Origin: Rhina ancylostomus
Lineage: Eukaryota
Length of the DNA: 64,000 nt
Direction of reading: 5' to 3'
Assembly: GCA_030265395.1 (NCBI GenBank)
Contig: JARFYF010000046.1
Location: 13,829,070 to 13,893,069, forward strand
Positions 52,775-64,000 of the stretch are shown piece by piece. A program made the translations under genes and the position numbers. Position 1 is the first letter of the stretch. Each line of letters begins with the position of its first letter. The notes beneath the pieces were generated by a model. That model was given only the letters and a program-made list of their open reading frames with translations, searched no databases and was not told where the DNA came from.

Positions 52775-53480
52775 GTCCCTCAGGATTGAGGATGACTTGC
52801 TTCCACTCTGGTTTTACAGGTTCTGAAGTGACTGATGTTGCCAATGTGATAACCGTGGACACTAACACATGGGGCAGAAGATGTCTGCCAGGCAGTTGGG
52901 TGTGTAGTTTGTCAGCTGGTGTGTTCCTTCTACAGCTGACACAGGGCTTCTGTGTGTTCCTGATGTGTAACCTCAAGGTTCTCAACACCTTCCTCAATGT
53001 TGCTTCCCCACTTTGAGCAGTCATGGGCAAGACATTCCCAGGACTATTGGGATGTTGCACAGAGTTGAGCATATCCTTGAATCTTTTCCGCTATTTACCT
53101 TGCAGTCACTTCAAATTACAGACCTCGGAACAGAGTGTCTGTTTCAGAAGTCTGGTGTCAGGCATGTAAATTAAAGTGCACTGCACTTTCTCTGTAGCTG
53201 TTACACGTTATTCTGCATTCTGTTATTGTTTTACCTTTTACTACCTCAATGCACTGTGTAACAAATTGATCGTTATGAATGGCATGCAAGACAAGTTTTT
53301 CACTGTTCCTCGGTACATGTGACGATAATAAACCAATTCTAAATAAATAATGTGGCCTTCCCATTAGAAGAGACAGTGTAATTACGATCTCAGTGCTGGG
53401 GATGTTGGCTTTGTCCATTCAGGAGGATTTTGTGGAGACAAAATGATGGTGGAGTATTTTATAAAAATTCCTCTACTCAC
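52775..53480 (-). mobile_element. RTE-clade LINE 3' portion, split by a Rex 3' UTR insertion
   Basis: Minus strand gives ANIPSTE...WEGHII|YMPDTRLLKQTLCSEV...RKRFKDML...EWKQVIL. This matches the RTE C-terminal pattern 'LRWAGH..RM...R.PK..LY.EL...R..G..RKR.KD'. Confidence 0.8.
53178..53337 (+). mobile_element. Rex1/Babar LINE 3' UTR inserted in the RTE element
   Basis: tgcactgcactttctctgtagctgttacacgttattctgcattctg...ttttcactgttcctcggtacatgtgacgataataaaccaatt. Confidence 0.8.
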
Positions 53481-53724
53481 CTGTCGCAACTGCACTACAC
53501 CATCCTCAGGCAATAAAGGTTCATGCCAAGACCCTGGAAAACACAGACCACTTTCCATCTGTTTCTGTACAGTACATAACAATGTTTTGAACATTGTTGA
53601 TGGGATATGGATGCTGCTGGTAAAACTGTACACTTATTGCCTTTCTTTAGTCGTCTTCAGGTGGTGGTAGTGAATTTTCTCTGCTTACCTACATGCTTTG
53701 AAGTAAGCGATTTAGAAAACTGGA

Positions 53725-53975
53725 GATTTAACATTATTGCAGCTTTCAAAGGCAGCCCAAAGCACTTAAAGTACTTTGAGTTTCAACTGTGAAGGAAGCC
53801 AGTGTGCCCACAGCAAGATCTCACAAGCAGTAATCTTATCATGAAGAACTAGCTGGCATATCATTTGGTGGTTGTACGAGATTTCCATATTGTTCCTTAT
53901 GAAGGATCTTTAACATGGAAGAAAGAGCCTTGGTTTAACATCTCATGCAAAGCATGGCACTTAGTACTGCACCAG
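53725..53975 (-). mobile_element. Deu-domain SINE (decayed)
   Basis: cccaaagcactt...cacagcaagatctcacaagcagtaat...ggatctttaac...gccttggtttaacatctcatgcaaagcatggcac. Confidence 0.6.
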
Positions 53976-54259
53976 TTATGCCAGTGTTCCTGTGGAGGTA
54001 ATCTTAACATTGCCTTGCTTACAGGGCGATGTTAAGATTAGGAAGTGGCAGGATTAGATTGGCTGCACGTTTCCTCCCCTTGCTCCATTTTACTTCCTGC
54101 GAACAGGAGTCTATGACCCAACCCCTGATATCTCTGCTCCTGCTTCCAGCTTTCTTATCCCAGTGATCTGGCCACTCAATCATTTAGTAGTCCTGAACCT
54201 GGAGACAGATCCAGTGGGCTGATCTGTTGAACCTGACCTAAATAACGGAGTGAAAAAAA

Positions 54260-54428
54260 CTGAGTGGATCGAGCAGTACCTCTGGTGGGGGAAAGGAATT
54301 GTCAAAGTTTTGGGTTGAAACCCTGCATCAGGACGTTGCACCCCACAGTTGCTGCTCGACCTGCTGAGTTCCTCCAGTAGATTGTTTGTTGCTCCAGATT
54401 CCAGCATCTGCAGTCTCTTACATATCTC
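54260..54428. mobile_element. Penelope-like fold-back repeat
   Basis: ctgagtggatcgagcagtacctctggtgggg ... ccccacagttgctgctcgacctgctgagttcctccag; the minus-strand core is cctgatgcagggtttcaacccaaaac. Confidence 0.7.
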
Positions 54429-55799
54429 TAGATAACAATGAAATAGCTGTTGAGTGGCTTCACACTTGCCCCCCCAACTAGAAGCAAAACAACTGCCTGA
54501 TGTCCTTTATACTGTTTGCCTGGTACTGCTGTGATATTGATGTGAGGGTGCAACATGTCTATAGTCATACCCACTCACCACATTCCAGGGTTCCATTCCC
54601 GAATCTCACTCAAAATCATTAACTTTAATTTTAACTCAGGGTGGGAATCAGGCTGACAGGAGCCAAAGTTGGAGTGGGAAAGCCTCCTAAGCTGGCAGCT
54701 CAGGCTTAGGAGAGCCATCCTGGTTCATTGCCTGCCTGGAAGCAGTAGGTGGCTGCCTGAGAGGGAGCTGGGGGTGTGAAAAATTACAAGAGGAGGGCTA
54801 GCAGGGCACGAAGGAATGGACCATGACACTCTCATCTGGGACAGGTCTTGGGGAGAACCTTGCACTCAGGGAGGTAGAGGGTGGGGCAAAGCTAAGCTCT
54901 CATTGTGGACCTTTGAGAAGCCTCCCTACTCCCTACTCCCTGTCCACAATCATGTTTAAAAATTAAAGCTGATTAAAACCACCTCACTGAGCTGCTTCTT
55001 GCCACAACACTGGGCCTTGCAATGGCCTTCCCATTCAGTGTAAGTTACAGTCAGACCTTGCCAACTTTTAATGGCTTGTCCCCCGCCTGCTCAGACAAGC
55101 AATAAGAATATAAAAATCATAAGAACGCAGGATGCCAGTGGGCTAAGCCTCCTGAACTATTTGGATTCCGCACTCACCTGGTTTCTACAGGAAATTGTCC
55201 CTATTCTTCCTTCGAGCTGCTAGAGACTGAAATTAGTTTCAATGATCACGAGGCTTTGAGGGATGTTGCAAATGACTTTCCTATTGTCCACTGTTTTGAT
55301 CTGGATACTGAATCAGCCACCTGACTATATTGGCCCTCTTCCTTATGAGGACAGGTAAACCAACTTAAAAGTGTCAGTTAAGTGCCTGTTTTCCAATAAA
55401 TTACTTGTGGAATGTTTGTAAGGGTATGATTTCAAAAATGATGAGTCTAATCTAAAAGTGTAAGAGAAAACCAGTTCAAAGAAGCAAATAATCTCCTCTC
55501 AAAACCTCTGATATTATGGAAACCATGTTTGAACATAATGCGATTGAATTATATTCAAACTCCTAACTATTTTCAAAAAAGAGTCTTCTAATGGTGAGCA
55601 AAAGGATGGAGTGAATTAAAATACTGAGTGCTAATGGAAGAAATGGAAAGTCTCTTTTAACATGAAGATATTCTTTTATTTCAGATCAATTAAGAACTAA
55701 AACATAAAATACTAACTAAATCCAGCCTTGTGATTAAGTTTATGTGTAAGGCCTTTATTGCCTCACCCAAGTAGTCATTCCTCACGTGGCTTCTTATAT

Positions 55800-56002
55800 T
55801 TTCCTGATTAACTTCACTCTACCGTATCGACCATGCCTTTAGGTTCCAATGTCTGGAATTCTCCCACTAAACCTCTTTGGCCAACATCAGTCTTATTGTC
55901 GCCAAATAATGTCCATTGACAACCGTTGCCTGCCAGTGTTCTTGCGGAGCACTTTGGGACATTTTTCTCTGTTAAGGGCATTGTATAAATGTGAGTTGTT
56001 GA
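55800..56002 (+). mobile_element. L2 3' end fragment
   Basis: tctggaattctcccactaaacctct...agcactttgggacatttttctctgttaagggcattgtataaatgtgagttgttg. Confidence 0.55.
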
Positions 56003-56509
56003 ACTCAGAGGTGACCATTAGCAGGTTAGGTGACCAATGCAGCCCATCCTCACATTCACACTGTCCAATAGACTGGTGAACAATTTCTGGTTCCTTTGCC
56101 CGCGGGTGTTTGGGCACATTGTCGTGCCCCTGTAACTATCCCAAGCTGAGTCACGTGTCAGCCCTTTGCCCACTTTATTGTTTGGAATGGTTGATCACCA
56201 TGATGAAAAACTTGCTGAATTTTTAGCTTGTTCACGTTGGAATCTTCTTCCAATGCATAACCATCATTGGGTCCTTTCCACAGGTTTGCAAGCTCCCCCA
56301 TCCAGCAGAGAGCTCTGCACACGATGAAGGCTACACTCAGGCCCTACATGACTCCAAATTCTTCCTTTGGTCGTGGATGTCCACAGCCTACCTCAAGTGC
56401 GTCTGCTGGATGCAGAGATCACAACTCTCAGTCCAATAAACAGAGCAGACTTTGAGGCCCGTGTCTGCAGTGAACATTGATATACTGTAAACTTAACAAG
56501 AATGGTATC

Positions 56510-56612
56510 TCATCGTCCTTCAGAAGAGGAAATCCAGCATCCTTCCTACCCCAATCTGACCTATTTGTAACTCCAGACCCATTCCACTCGGTTGTCTCTT
56601 AAATGCCCTCAG
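56510..56612 (+). mobile_element. SINE internal fragment
   Basis: gtccttcagaagaggaaatccagcatcctt...tctgacctatttgtaactccagaccc...ggttgtctcttaaatgccctc resembles a common chondrichthyan SINE body (recalled, not searched). Confidence 0.5.
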
Positions 56613-56844
56613 TCGAGCAGGCCATGCAGTGGTACCATTACCATTCCATTCAAACAGAGAAAGAATAAAACTGGGCAAACCACCATGCATCGACTTAAGC
56701 ACCCAATGCAAATATTGGTAAAGTAGCTCCCACCTCTGTCAACCTTGCAAAGTTCTCCTCAGTAACATCTGGAGACTGGCGCCTATATTTAAAGGCCTTT
56801 GACAGAAGAGAATTTTCAGAAGATGTTTGGGGTGTTCTGGCTTC

Positions 56845-56996
56845 TGCCCTTTTCCTTTCCAGTCCCGATGAAGGGTCTCGATCCAAAACGTCAACAGTTT
56901 ATTTCCCTCCATGGATGCTGCCTCACCTACTGAGTTCCTCCGGCGTTTTATGTGTGTTGCTCCACATTCCAGCATCTGTAGAATCTCTTGTGTCTC
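56845..56996 (+). mobile_element. Penelope-like terminal repeat arm
   Basis: ccagtcccgatgaagggtctcgatccaaaacgtcaac...gatgctgcctcacctactgagttcctcc. Confidence 0.75.
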
Positions 56997-57224
56997 CGTT
57001 GGGGTGTTCTGGGAAGGCGTCAGGATCCCAGGCTTGAATCCAGCCTGCTGCTTGGTGCCTGGTCCACCTGGTGGGACATCTCTTGGGTCCAGCCATCAGC
57101 TAACTCATTCCTTTGTGTCTGGACAGTTAAACGTGGGTATGTGGACACCAAAGGCAGCAGGTCTGGACAGTGGATAAGCTTCAGCATAAGCCAATCCATT
57201 ATTTATCTTGCAGAATCCCAATAG

Positions 57225-57310
57225 GAGTGAAGAGTCACAGACCTGAAACATTAACCCTCTGTCTTTCCATGGATGCTGCCTGACCTGTTTAGCCTCTCTA
57301 TAGTCCTACT
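57225..57310 (+). mobile_element. Penelope-like terminal repeat arm
   Basis: gtgaagagtcacagacctgaaacattaaccctctgtctttccatggatgctgcctgacctg. Confidence 0.6.
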
Positions 57311-57799
57311 TTTAATGGGAGGAGGGATAGTTGGGGGGGGGGGTTGCTGGTGGTTGGGTGGAAGAAACATAAATTCTTCCTTTCTCCAGGCTCTTAAATT
57401 CGGATGAAGGAAATGGATCCAATACAGTGCAGACTGAGTGTAATTGTGAATTGTGGAACCTCTCATCAAAGGGATCAGTCACATATGGGGCAGTTTTGGG
57501 CAATTTGTCGATGTAATATGCCCAGTAGATGTCTGAGGAACTATGCAGGATCTTCCACTGTATTCACACTGCAGGGGATACTAGTAGATTTTCAGCTCAC
57601 CATCCAGGCATAAATTATTGTTTCTTTGACCGAGAGTCAGGAGCTTTCCGTCATGGAAACTGTTAACAGCAGATTTGCTCACAGAGGGCATATTAAAAAT
57701 CTAGCTCACCATCTACACTTCATCATGAACTTTCACCGCATGAAAAAGCATGCATAAGGTACATTTACTTGTCTCTAGATATCAACAATGCAAAAATTG

Positions 57800-57918
57800 G
57801 ACTTGAAACGGCATCTCTTTCCCCTTCCACAGGTGCTGCCTGACCCATCGAGTACTTCCAGCATTTTCTGTTTTTCGTGCCTGATTTCCAGTATCTGCAG
57901 TTTTTTAAATGATTTTCA
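57800..57918 (+). mobile_element. Penelope-like terminal repeat arm
   Basis: gacttgaaacg...ttccacaggtgctgcctgacccatcgagtacttccagcattttctg...gatttccagtatctgcag. Confidence 0.6.
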
Positions 57919-58854
57919 GTCACTTTGTTTGACCCATAGACTGTTTGGCAGGTCAGATTTGAGAAGTGAACATGGAGCTACAATTTAAGATGCTCAAAAC
58001 ACAAGGTGAGAATTGACTCCCCTTTCAGTGCGCACCGCATTACTGGTAAAATTGATCTTGCCTTCCTCAGCAGTGTCAGGTGACAAGAAGTCAGCTGGTT
58101 TGGACAGCCTGAGACGATCAGATTTTTCTGCACAAGATTTGGATTATTAGACAGTAACAATTACTTTTGACTGAAATGTTTTCCAACAAATTGGGAGCAG
58201 CAATTAAAAGAGTTTGCAGGAGGAGCCTGCTAACAAATTGTCGATCAGACAAGCTCCTTCCTTCACAGACAGTGCCTCTGTGGAATGCCTTGCTGCCTGG
58301 GTGCCTTGTGACTAATCATGTGGATTTGCAAACATTCATGGGAGCAGTTGCACAGTAGCACTACATGAATAGAATAAGTGTTTGATCAGTATCACTACCT
58401 TCCATCTTTTGCATTGCTTCTGTTAAATGGCTGTGGTCTAATGTTGTTCATTTATTAATGTTGTGAGTCAGGCATATTGGCTTTATTTCATGTGCAGTTG
58501 TGAATCTGACCCTGGATTATCCACTTCAAATTTTTCATACATTAAACATTGGTGCAAAAGCATAGAAATCCAATCTAAAGGTAACTGATTGTGTTTTGTT
58601 TCTTGCTATCAAGTTTTCCATACTTAAATCTTGCCTGTTGCAAAGCCTTATTTTTAATGCCACAAAAGAAAATCATTTATGGGAGTTTTTCTTTAATAAG
58701 AGCTCTCAGCCATTCACCTGGAATTGCCTGTTAGATTTTTGCAATTGCTCTTGATTTTATCAGATCTTTGTCCATTACTAGTTCAATAATACACTAAAAA
58801 AGTGTTCATGAAAGTTAACAAGAAAGTAAACACCTCCACCTCATCACGAAGTAA

Positions 58855-58995
58855 AATCTGATGAAGAGTCCCAGACCTGAAACGATAATTGTTTTCCTTT
58901 CCTCAGATGCTGTCTGACCTGCTGAGTGTTCACAGTATTGTCTGTTTTTATTTCCTATTTCCAATTTCCAGCATCTGTAGTTGTCTTGATTTTCA
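58855..58995 (+). mobile_element. Penelope-like terminal repeat arm
   Basis: tctgatgaagagtcccagacctgaaacg...agatgctgtctgacctgctgagtgttc...ttccagcatctgtag. Confidence 0.7.
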
Positions 58996-60044
58996 TTTCC
59001 ATTTCATCAAATACTTACCCCTTTAGGGATAAAATTGTTGTGTTTATTTTCCATTACACAGCAGTGATTATTGAATAATTCACCTTCAAAATGAACCTGT
59101 TTTCTTGCAAAGTTGTAACGGGCTAATTTGAATGTACCATAAATGTCAACATTCTTTCCACTTGAATATGTTGGGGAAATTGGGTGCAAGTTGCATTTGA
59201 AATTGAGCTATTTCTCTCTCAAAATGTTTCAGCTTTCCATTCGACCCATTGGATAAATTCTTTCATGAACAAATGCTGTAAGCTATATAGAACCATGTTT
59301 ATTTTTTTCTATTGCAGTTTTCAAATAAAAGTGATGAAGGTATTAATGACAATACATGAGCATTTTATTAAGCTCAACCTATGAGTTCCTAATTTTAAAT
59401 CACTGAAAAATTACTTAAAGATAAACTACACTAAACCATTGACTAGTTTAAATAGTGCACATCGGTCAATTTATTAACAAGTTTTATTTGTAGTTCCTAA
59501 TGTATCTATTAATTGCCCATGCACTAAAGGAACTCCATTTGAACTCCCTGAATGGCCTCAAACTGGTTCCACCACCAGGAACCCACAATTTTAATTATTT
59601 GAAAATTGTGCAATTGCAACACTTTCAGCCAACATAAAATGGCACATTTAAAATTCCTTGCTTTTTGTGCTAGTTTGGCCAGCTTTATCCAAACTGCTCT
59701 AAGGAAACCAAGGTAAAATTGCAAGAACTCCAGACCACATCTTGACATTCTGTGAATTCTCTATGATGCAAATAATAATCGTTCTGGAGTGGTGAATTAA
59801 GTGCAGAGCCACATTCCTTCATCCACATTCAATCATTAGGATCATCTGAACTTTCTGATTGGATTGGCCTTCCAATTAACAATCCACTATGTGATATTCT
59901 GAATTTGGCATCAAAGGTGCAATCAATTGTCTTGTAAACAGAATTAGGACCTACCCCAATTTATTGCTGCACCTTCCAATCTTGTGAACTACCTGAGGTA
60001 AAATTGAGAATGCAAAGGACTGGGTCAGTCAGAATAGGTCATGG

Positions 60045-60348
60045 AATAGAACACAGAACATAGAAAATCTACAGCACAATTCAGGCCCTTCAGCCCACAA
60101 AGTTGTGCTGAAAATGTCCCTGCCTTAGAAGTTACTAGGCTTACCCATAACCCTCTATTTTTCTCAGCTTCATGTACCTATCCAAAAGTCTCTTGAAAGA
60201 CCCTATTGTATCCACCTCCACCACCGTTGCCGGCAGCCCATTCTGCGCACTCTCCACTCTCTGAGTAAAATACTTACCCCTGACATCTCCTCTATACCTG
60301 CTCCCCAGCACCTTAAACCTATGTCCTCTTGTGGCAAACATTTCAGCC
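60045..60348 (-). mobile_element. CR1 3' end (relatively young), cut by a gap
   Basis: AEMFATRGHRFKVLGSRYRGDVRGKYFTQRVESAQNGLPATVVEVDTIGSFKRLLDRYM, followed by a (TTCTA)-type tail. Confidence 0.92.
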
Positions 60349-60439
60349 NNNNNNNNNNNNNNNNNNNNNNNNNNNNNNNNNNNNNNNNNNNNNNNNNNNN
60401 NNNNNNNNNNNNNAAATGTCACTTGTTGAATCAGTGTAA

Positions 60440-60610
60440 TAACTTGATGGGTCATTGTGTTTTATTGATGTTGGTTGAGGAATAAAGGTTAACCAGAACA
60501 CCAGGAAGACACTCCCTGCACTTTTTCAAACAACTGTCAGGGATTTTATTTTATCTCTACCTGAGAGGGCATATGGGGCTTTGGTTTAATACCTGACTGC
60601 AGCAATGCCT
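60440..60610 (-). mobile_element. Deu-domain SINE fragment
   Basis: gatgttggttgaggaataaaggttaaccagaacaccagg...ctacctgagagggcatatggggctttggtttaat. Confidence 0.65.
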
Positions 60611-60820
60611 AGTCAGTTGTATTTTTTCTCGGACTTGGAATGATTGCAGTCTCTCTCTGTCCCTGATTAAAAGTTATATTTAATGGAATTTCACTTAACA
60701 AACAATGTTGTTCATTAAAAGCTAAAATGTGTAAAGCAGTGTCTAAAATAATGATTGGTTGGAAGTGGAATAATGTAATGTAATCGTGAAATAAAGAAGT
60801 TGATAAGTTAATACTTTATC

Positions 60821-60986
60821 TAAAATAAAATCCTGAAAACACTCAGCAGGTCAGGCATCATCTGTGGAAAGAGAAGCAGAATAAATATTTCAAGCTGAAG
60901 ACCTTCATCAAATTGAAACATTGGCACTGTTCCTCTTTCCAAAGATGCTGCCTGACCTATTGGGTGCTTCCAGCAATTTCTGATTT
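60821..60986. mobile_element. Penelope-like fold-back repeat
   Basis: actcagcaggtcaggcatcatctgtggaaagag ... ctctttccaaagatgctgcctgacctattgggtg. Confidence 0.7.
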
Positions 60987-61054
60987 TTAAAAATTTTTTA
61001 AGGATGTCTTCATTGTACAAGATGTGAGGATATTGTTAAGAGTTGTTGTGTAAT

Positions 61055-61162
61055 TTAAGTGCCACAGCTGCCATGCTGGGATTTGAACTCAAATCTTTGG
61101 ATTGTTAACCCAGGCCTTTGGGTGATTAGTCTGGCAATATATTTGGTGCACCACCACCATAG
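61055..61162 (-). mobile_element. tRNA-derived SINE head
   Basis: Minus strand reads atggtggtgg...ccagactaatcaccc...gagttcaaatcccagcatggcagctg, with a B-box-like gttcaaatcc. Confidence 0.55.
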
Positions 61163-64000
61163 ATGTTGCAGCATCGATATCCTAGTTCTCATCACAGTCA
61201 TCTTGCACTATGTTTATGATAACATACTCTAGAGCTGTTGGCAAAGCAGAACTCAGTGGAGTCAACTTTCACTTGTATCATCTTACAAGTGAATAACGGT
61301 CTTAAATTAGGGTTGGTAGAATTAACACTTAGGGTAAGGCCAGAGACACTTAGGAGGAGGCTTCCCATTGGGTTCTTGGAGATCCTGCAAGCCTAAGCTA
61401 TTGATCCTCTTTTTGCGTACAGACACAGATTATAGCACGCCAGGTTGGTGAGGAGGGATTGCTATCCCATTGCTGAAGGTAAAACAGGTAGAATTGTAAG
61501 CAAGCTCAGTCAGTGTGATTGGCCAAAGTCTGTATGGAGTGATCTGATTTACTTAGGTCCACAATCAATTTGGATCAGATCTTGAGTGTTTGAACCTACT
61601 GTAAGCATGCATGATATATGCTACATTTTTGAGTTCTTACCCCTTCATTAGAACCAACAACCCTGAGCAAATGTACAGAAACATTTCTTTTATTTAGTTT
61701 TGTCCAGTACAATGACGTCCTTGACTTGCATTGTAAAGGACAGAACATAATTTTCAGTCGGGTGCGATGTGTGATGAATTTATTACACGTGGTGATACGC
61801 ATGGACATCCACATATCTTTCAATGATCCAGATTATGATTCTAGACTCCATATCATTGTGTAATTTTTCCAGTCCCTACTTAAAAGTATCCTTAATCACA
61901 CTGTTAATACAGCAGGAGCCCTGGAAGAATTTTGCTATTCAGTGTAACATTTTAATTGCCCATGTACTGAACAATGACCAGAGACTTCTCTTTAAGCAGC
62001 TTTGAAGTTATCTCATGCCTTTACTCAGCTTCTGCACACATTTGTTACTTTGAACATTTTAATTTGGTTAAGTCCATGCACATATCTTCTTGGTCAAACA
62101 CTGGCCCTGACACCAGCACTTGGAATTCGAGAGCAAATCCAGAGTATTTGTCCGCACCTACCCTCTGCAGGTTGTTCTGCAAAAAATGACATTGTGCAAT
62201 GGAAAAATGGGCGCTAGTATCGATGTGCATGTTACTGGTCTTTATGAATGAATAAGACAAACATAATCACTCATAAATTCAGTTCTGCACAAAGGGAAGA
62301 CCAGCATGAAACACTTTCATATATTAGAAATATTGAACGAAAATCCTGAATATAGATTAAAACCAAAATGTAACAGCAGGAAAATGATAGCCTTATGTTC
62401 ACTGATTCAATTCAATTTGGATCTCGTCAGCAAGTCTGAGCTGAATTCTGTTGGCTGTGTAGATAAGATCTTCGTGATTTGAATAGAGACTAAGCTGATC
62501 GACATGCTCCTAAACATGAATGTTTCTTTTGATTTTATATAAATCCACTGAGACATTTAAAACACAAGATCACACTGTGTGCCTTTAGTGGAATTGTATT
62601 AAATTAGATTCTCTGCAGTCTGGTTGTGCTGGAGAAGAATTGTCACAACCTTTTAGGATCATTACTTGAAACTTCTCCTTCCCTCTTAAGACTTCCTATT
62701 ACCCTCCAGATTATTCAGACAGATGACCTTCTTTTAATCACTGAGAAGCTATTCATTGCAGTGGCTGGATGTGTAATTTGGGTTGATTTTGGCTTTTTGA
62801 AGCTATTTTGCTTCAGTCAGCTCCTCCAGCTATGCTGGTTTGAGGTTGGAAGCTCAGCATGAGGAGAACTGAAAACATAAATCTGTCTTTTAACACCATT
62901 GACTGGCACAGCAGGAGGCCACACCAGAGTGCAGTACCACTGCGGCACATATTAGATGCCCTACTGGAAAGGCAGAGTTTCACTTTTATTCTTGTACATG
63001 GTGTGAGTTATGAAGTAAAGGTTAAAAAAATGAGTTTATTGTAGATAATTGATAAATTATAACAGCTAACACTACTGTTCTGAAATGGCTTTACTTGATT
63101 ACAGTTAACAAGGCAATCCTTTAGACCATTAGATCTAATTTCTAGTGAAGATGCTGGGTACTAATTGTACAAATAATGAACATCATTGTGTCAGATCTGG
63201 ATCCTGTTCTTCATATCATAGTATAAATGGGCACAATTAGTTTCATCTGTTTAAAAATCAGTTTTTTTTGTGCTATGCAGTTCAATTTCAATGAGAAATT
63301 AATTGTAAATAAAAATCAGTGATCTATCATGAGTTGCATGGCACCTGTACTTTTTCTTCTGGATCTGCCACACTTAGGCACAGAAGAACCATAAACACAA
63401 ATAGTGATGACCAGGAATATGGACCATGCCACTGTTCCCAGGCATGTGTCTGGCTTGTGAAAGAAGGAGCCCACTTGTACAGATGTGATCTTCCCAATGC
63501 TTGTGTGATCTGCTTCAGCATTACTGAAATGAGATTGCTAGAGAAAGTCCATCCTCTACAGTCCGGCACTGAGAAGTTGCCTCAGTTAAATCCACTTAAA
63601 TAATAAACATAGCTGGCTGTCCTTTGGGCCCCACAAATACCTAACCCCATCTCTAGTGTGGACCTCTAACCTCCGCTGCTCAGCCTAGCTCACGACCTTT
63701 GCCCAAGCTTTACCAATTTACTGACCTTGCACCCACCCTTTCTGACTATTGACCACCTAACACTACATCTCCCCATTGCCACCCCCAATTCCAATCTATC
63801 AACCATCTTCCTGAACTAGCAATATCCTTCCAGAATTGTCTCCTACCACCAATTCGGGTCACCCTGCCTACACTTTCTCCCCCTCTCCCCTCTGATCTTC
63901 AGAGATGCCAATTCTTTTTTTCTTCCTCCCCCCCCCNNNNNNNCATCTCAACCTGAAGTCCTGCATCCCTTATCAATCCTCTAACCTAGGTGCCAGGGAA

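Noticed and set aside
54590-55200. GC-richer block resembling a decayed MITE
   Set aside because: Could not define matching TIRs or a TSD by eye.
1-64000. CRISPR arrays, prokaryotic operons, intact tRNA/rRNA genes
   Set aside because: The sequence is vertebrate-like. There are no regularly spaced repeats, and the tRNA-like boxes occur only as SINE heads.

Overview
Eukaryotic, AT-rich, repeat-dense intronic or intergenic DNA from a short-read assembly with many N gaps. The repeat families point to a cartilaginous fish, probably a batoid (inference from recalled repeat families, no search run). No protein-coding gene can be identified with confidence. Every recognisable coding segment is a decayed non-LTR retrotransposon fragment (CR1, L2, Rex1/Babar, RTE and one CR1/L2-group ORF2). 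The window also has V-SINEs, Deu-domain SINEs and about 14 copies of a Penelope-like terminal fold-back repeat whose consensus rebuilds a minimal hammerhead ribozyme core. The most unusual feature is a 2.34 kb segment (32268-34604) bounded by ~70-bp inverted repeats that end exactly at TTAA on both sides with 5'-AG...CT-3' termini, a Kolobok-like DNA transposon signature. It encloses a homeodomain-site-rich, enhancer-like stretch. A few exon-shaped segments on the minus strand are weak candidates only. Repeat boundaries are approximate unless exact motifs are quoted.
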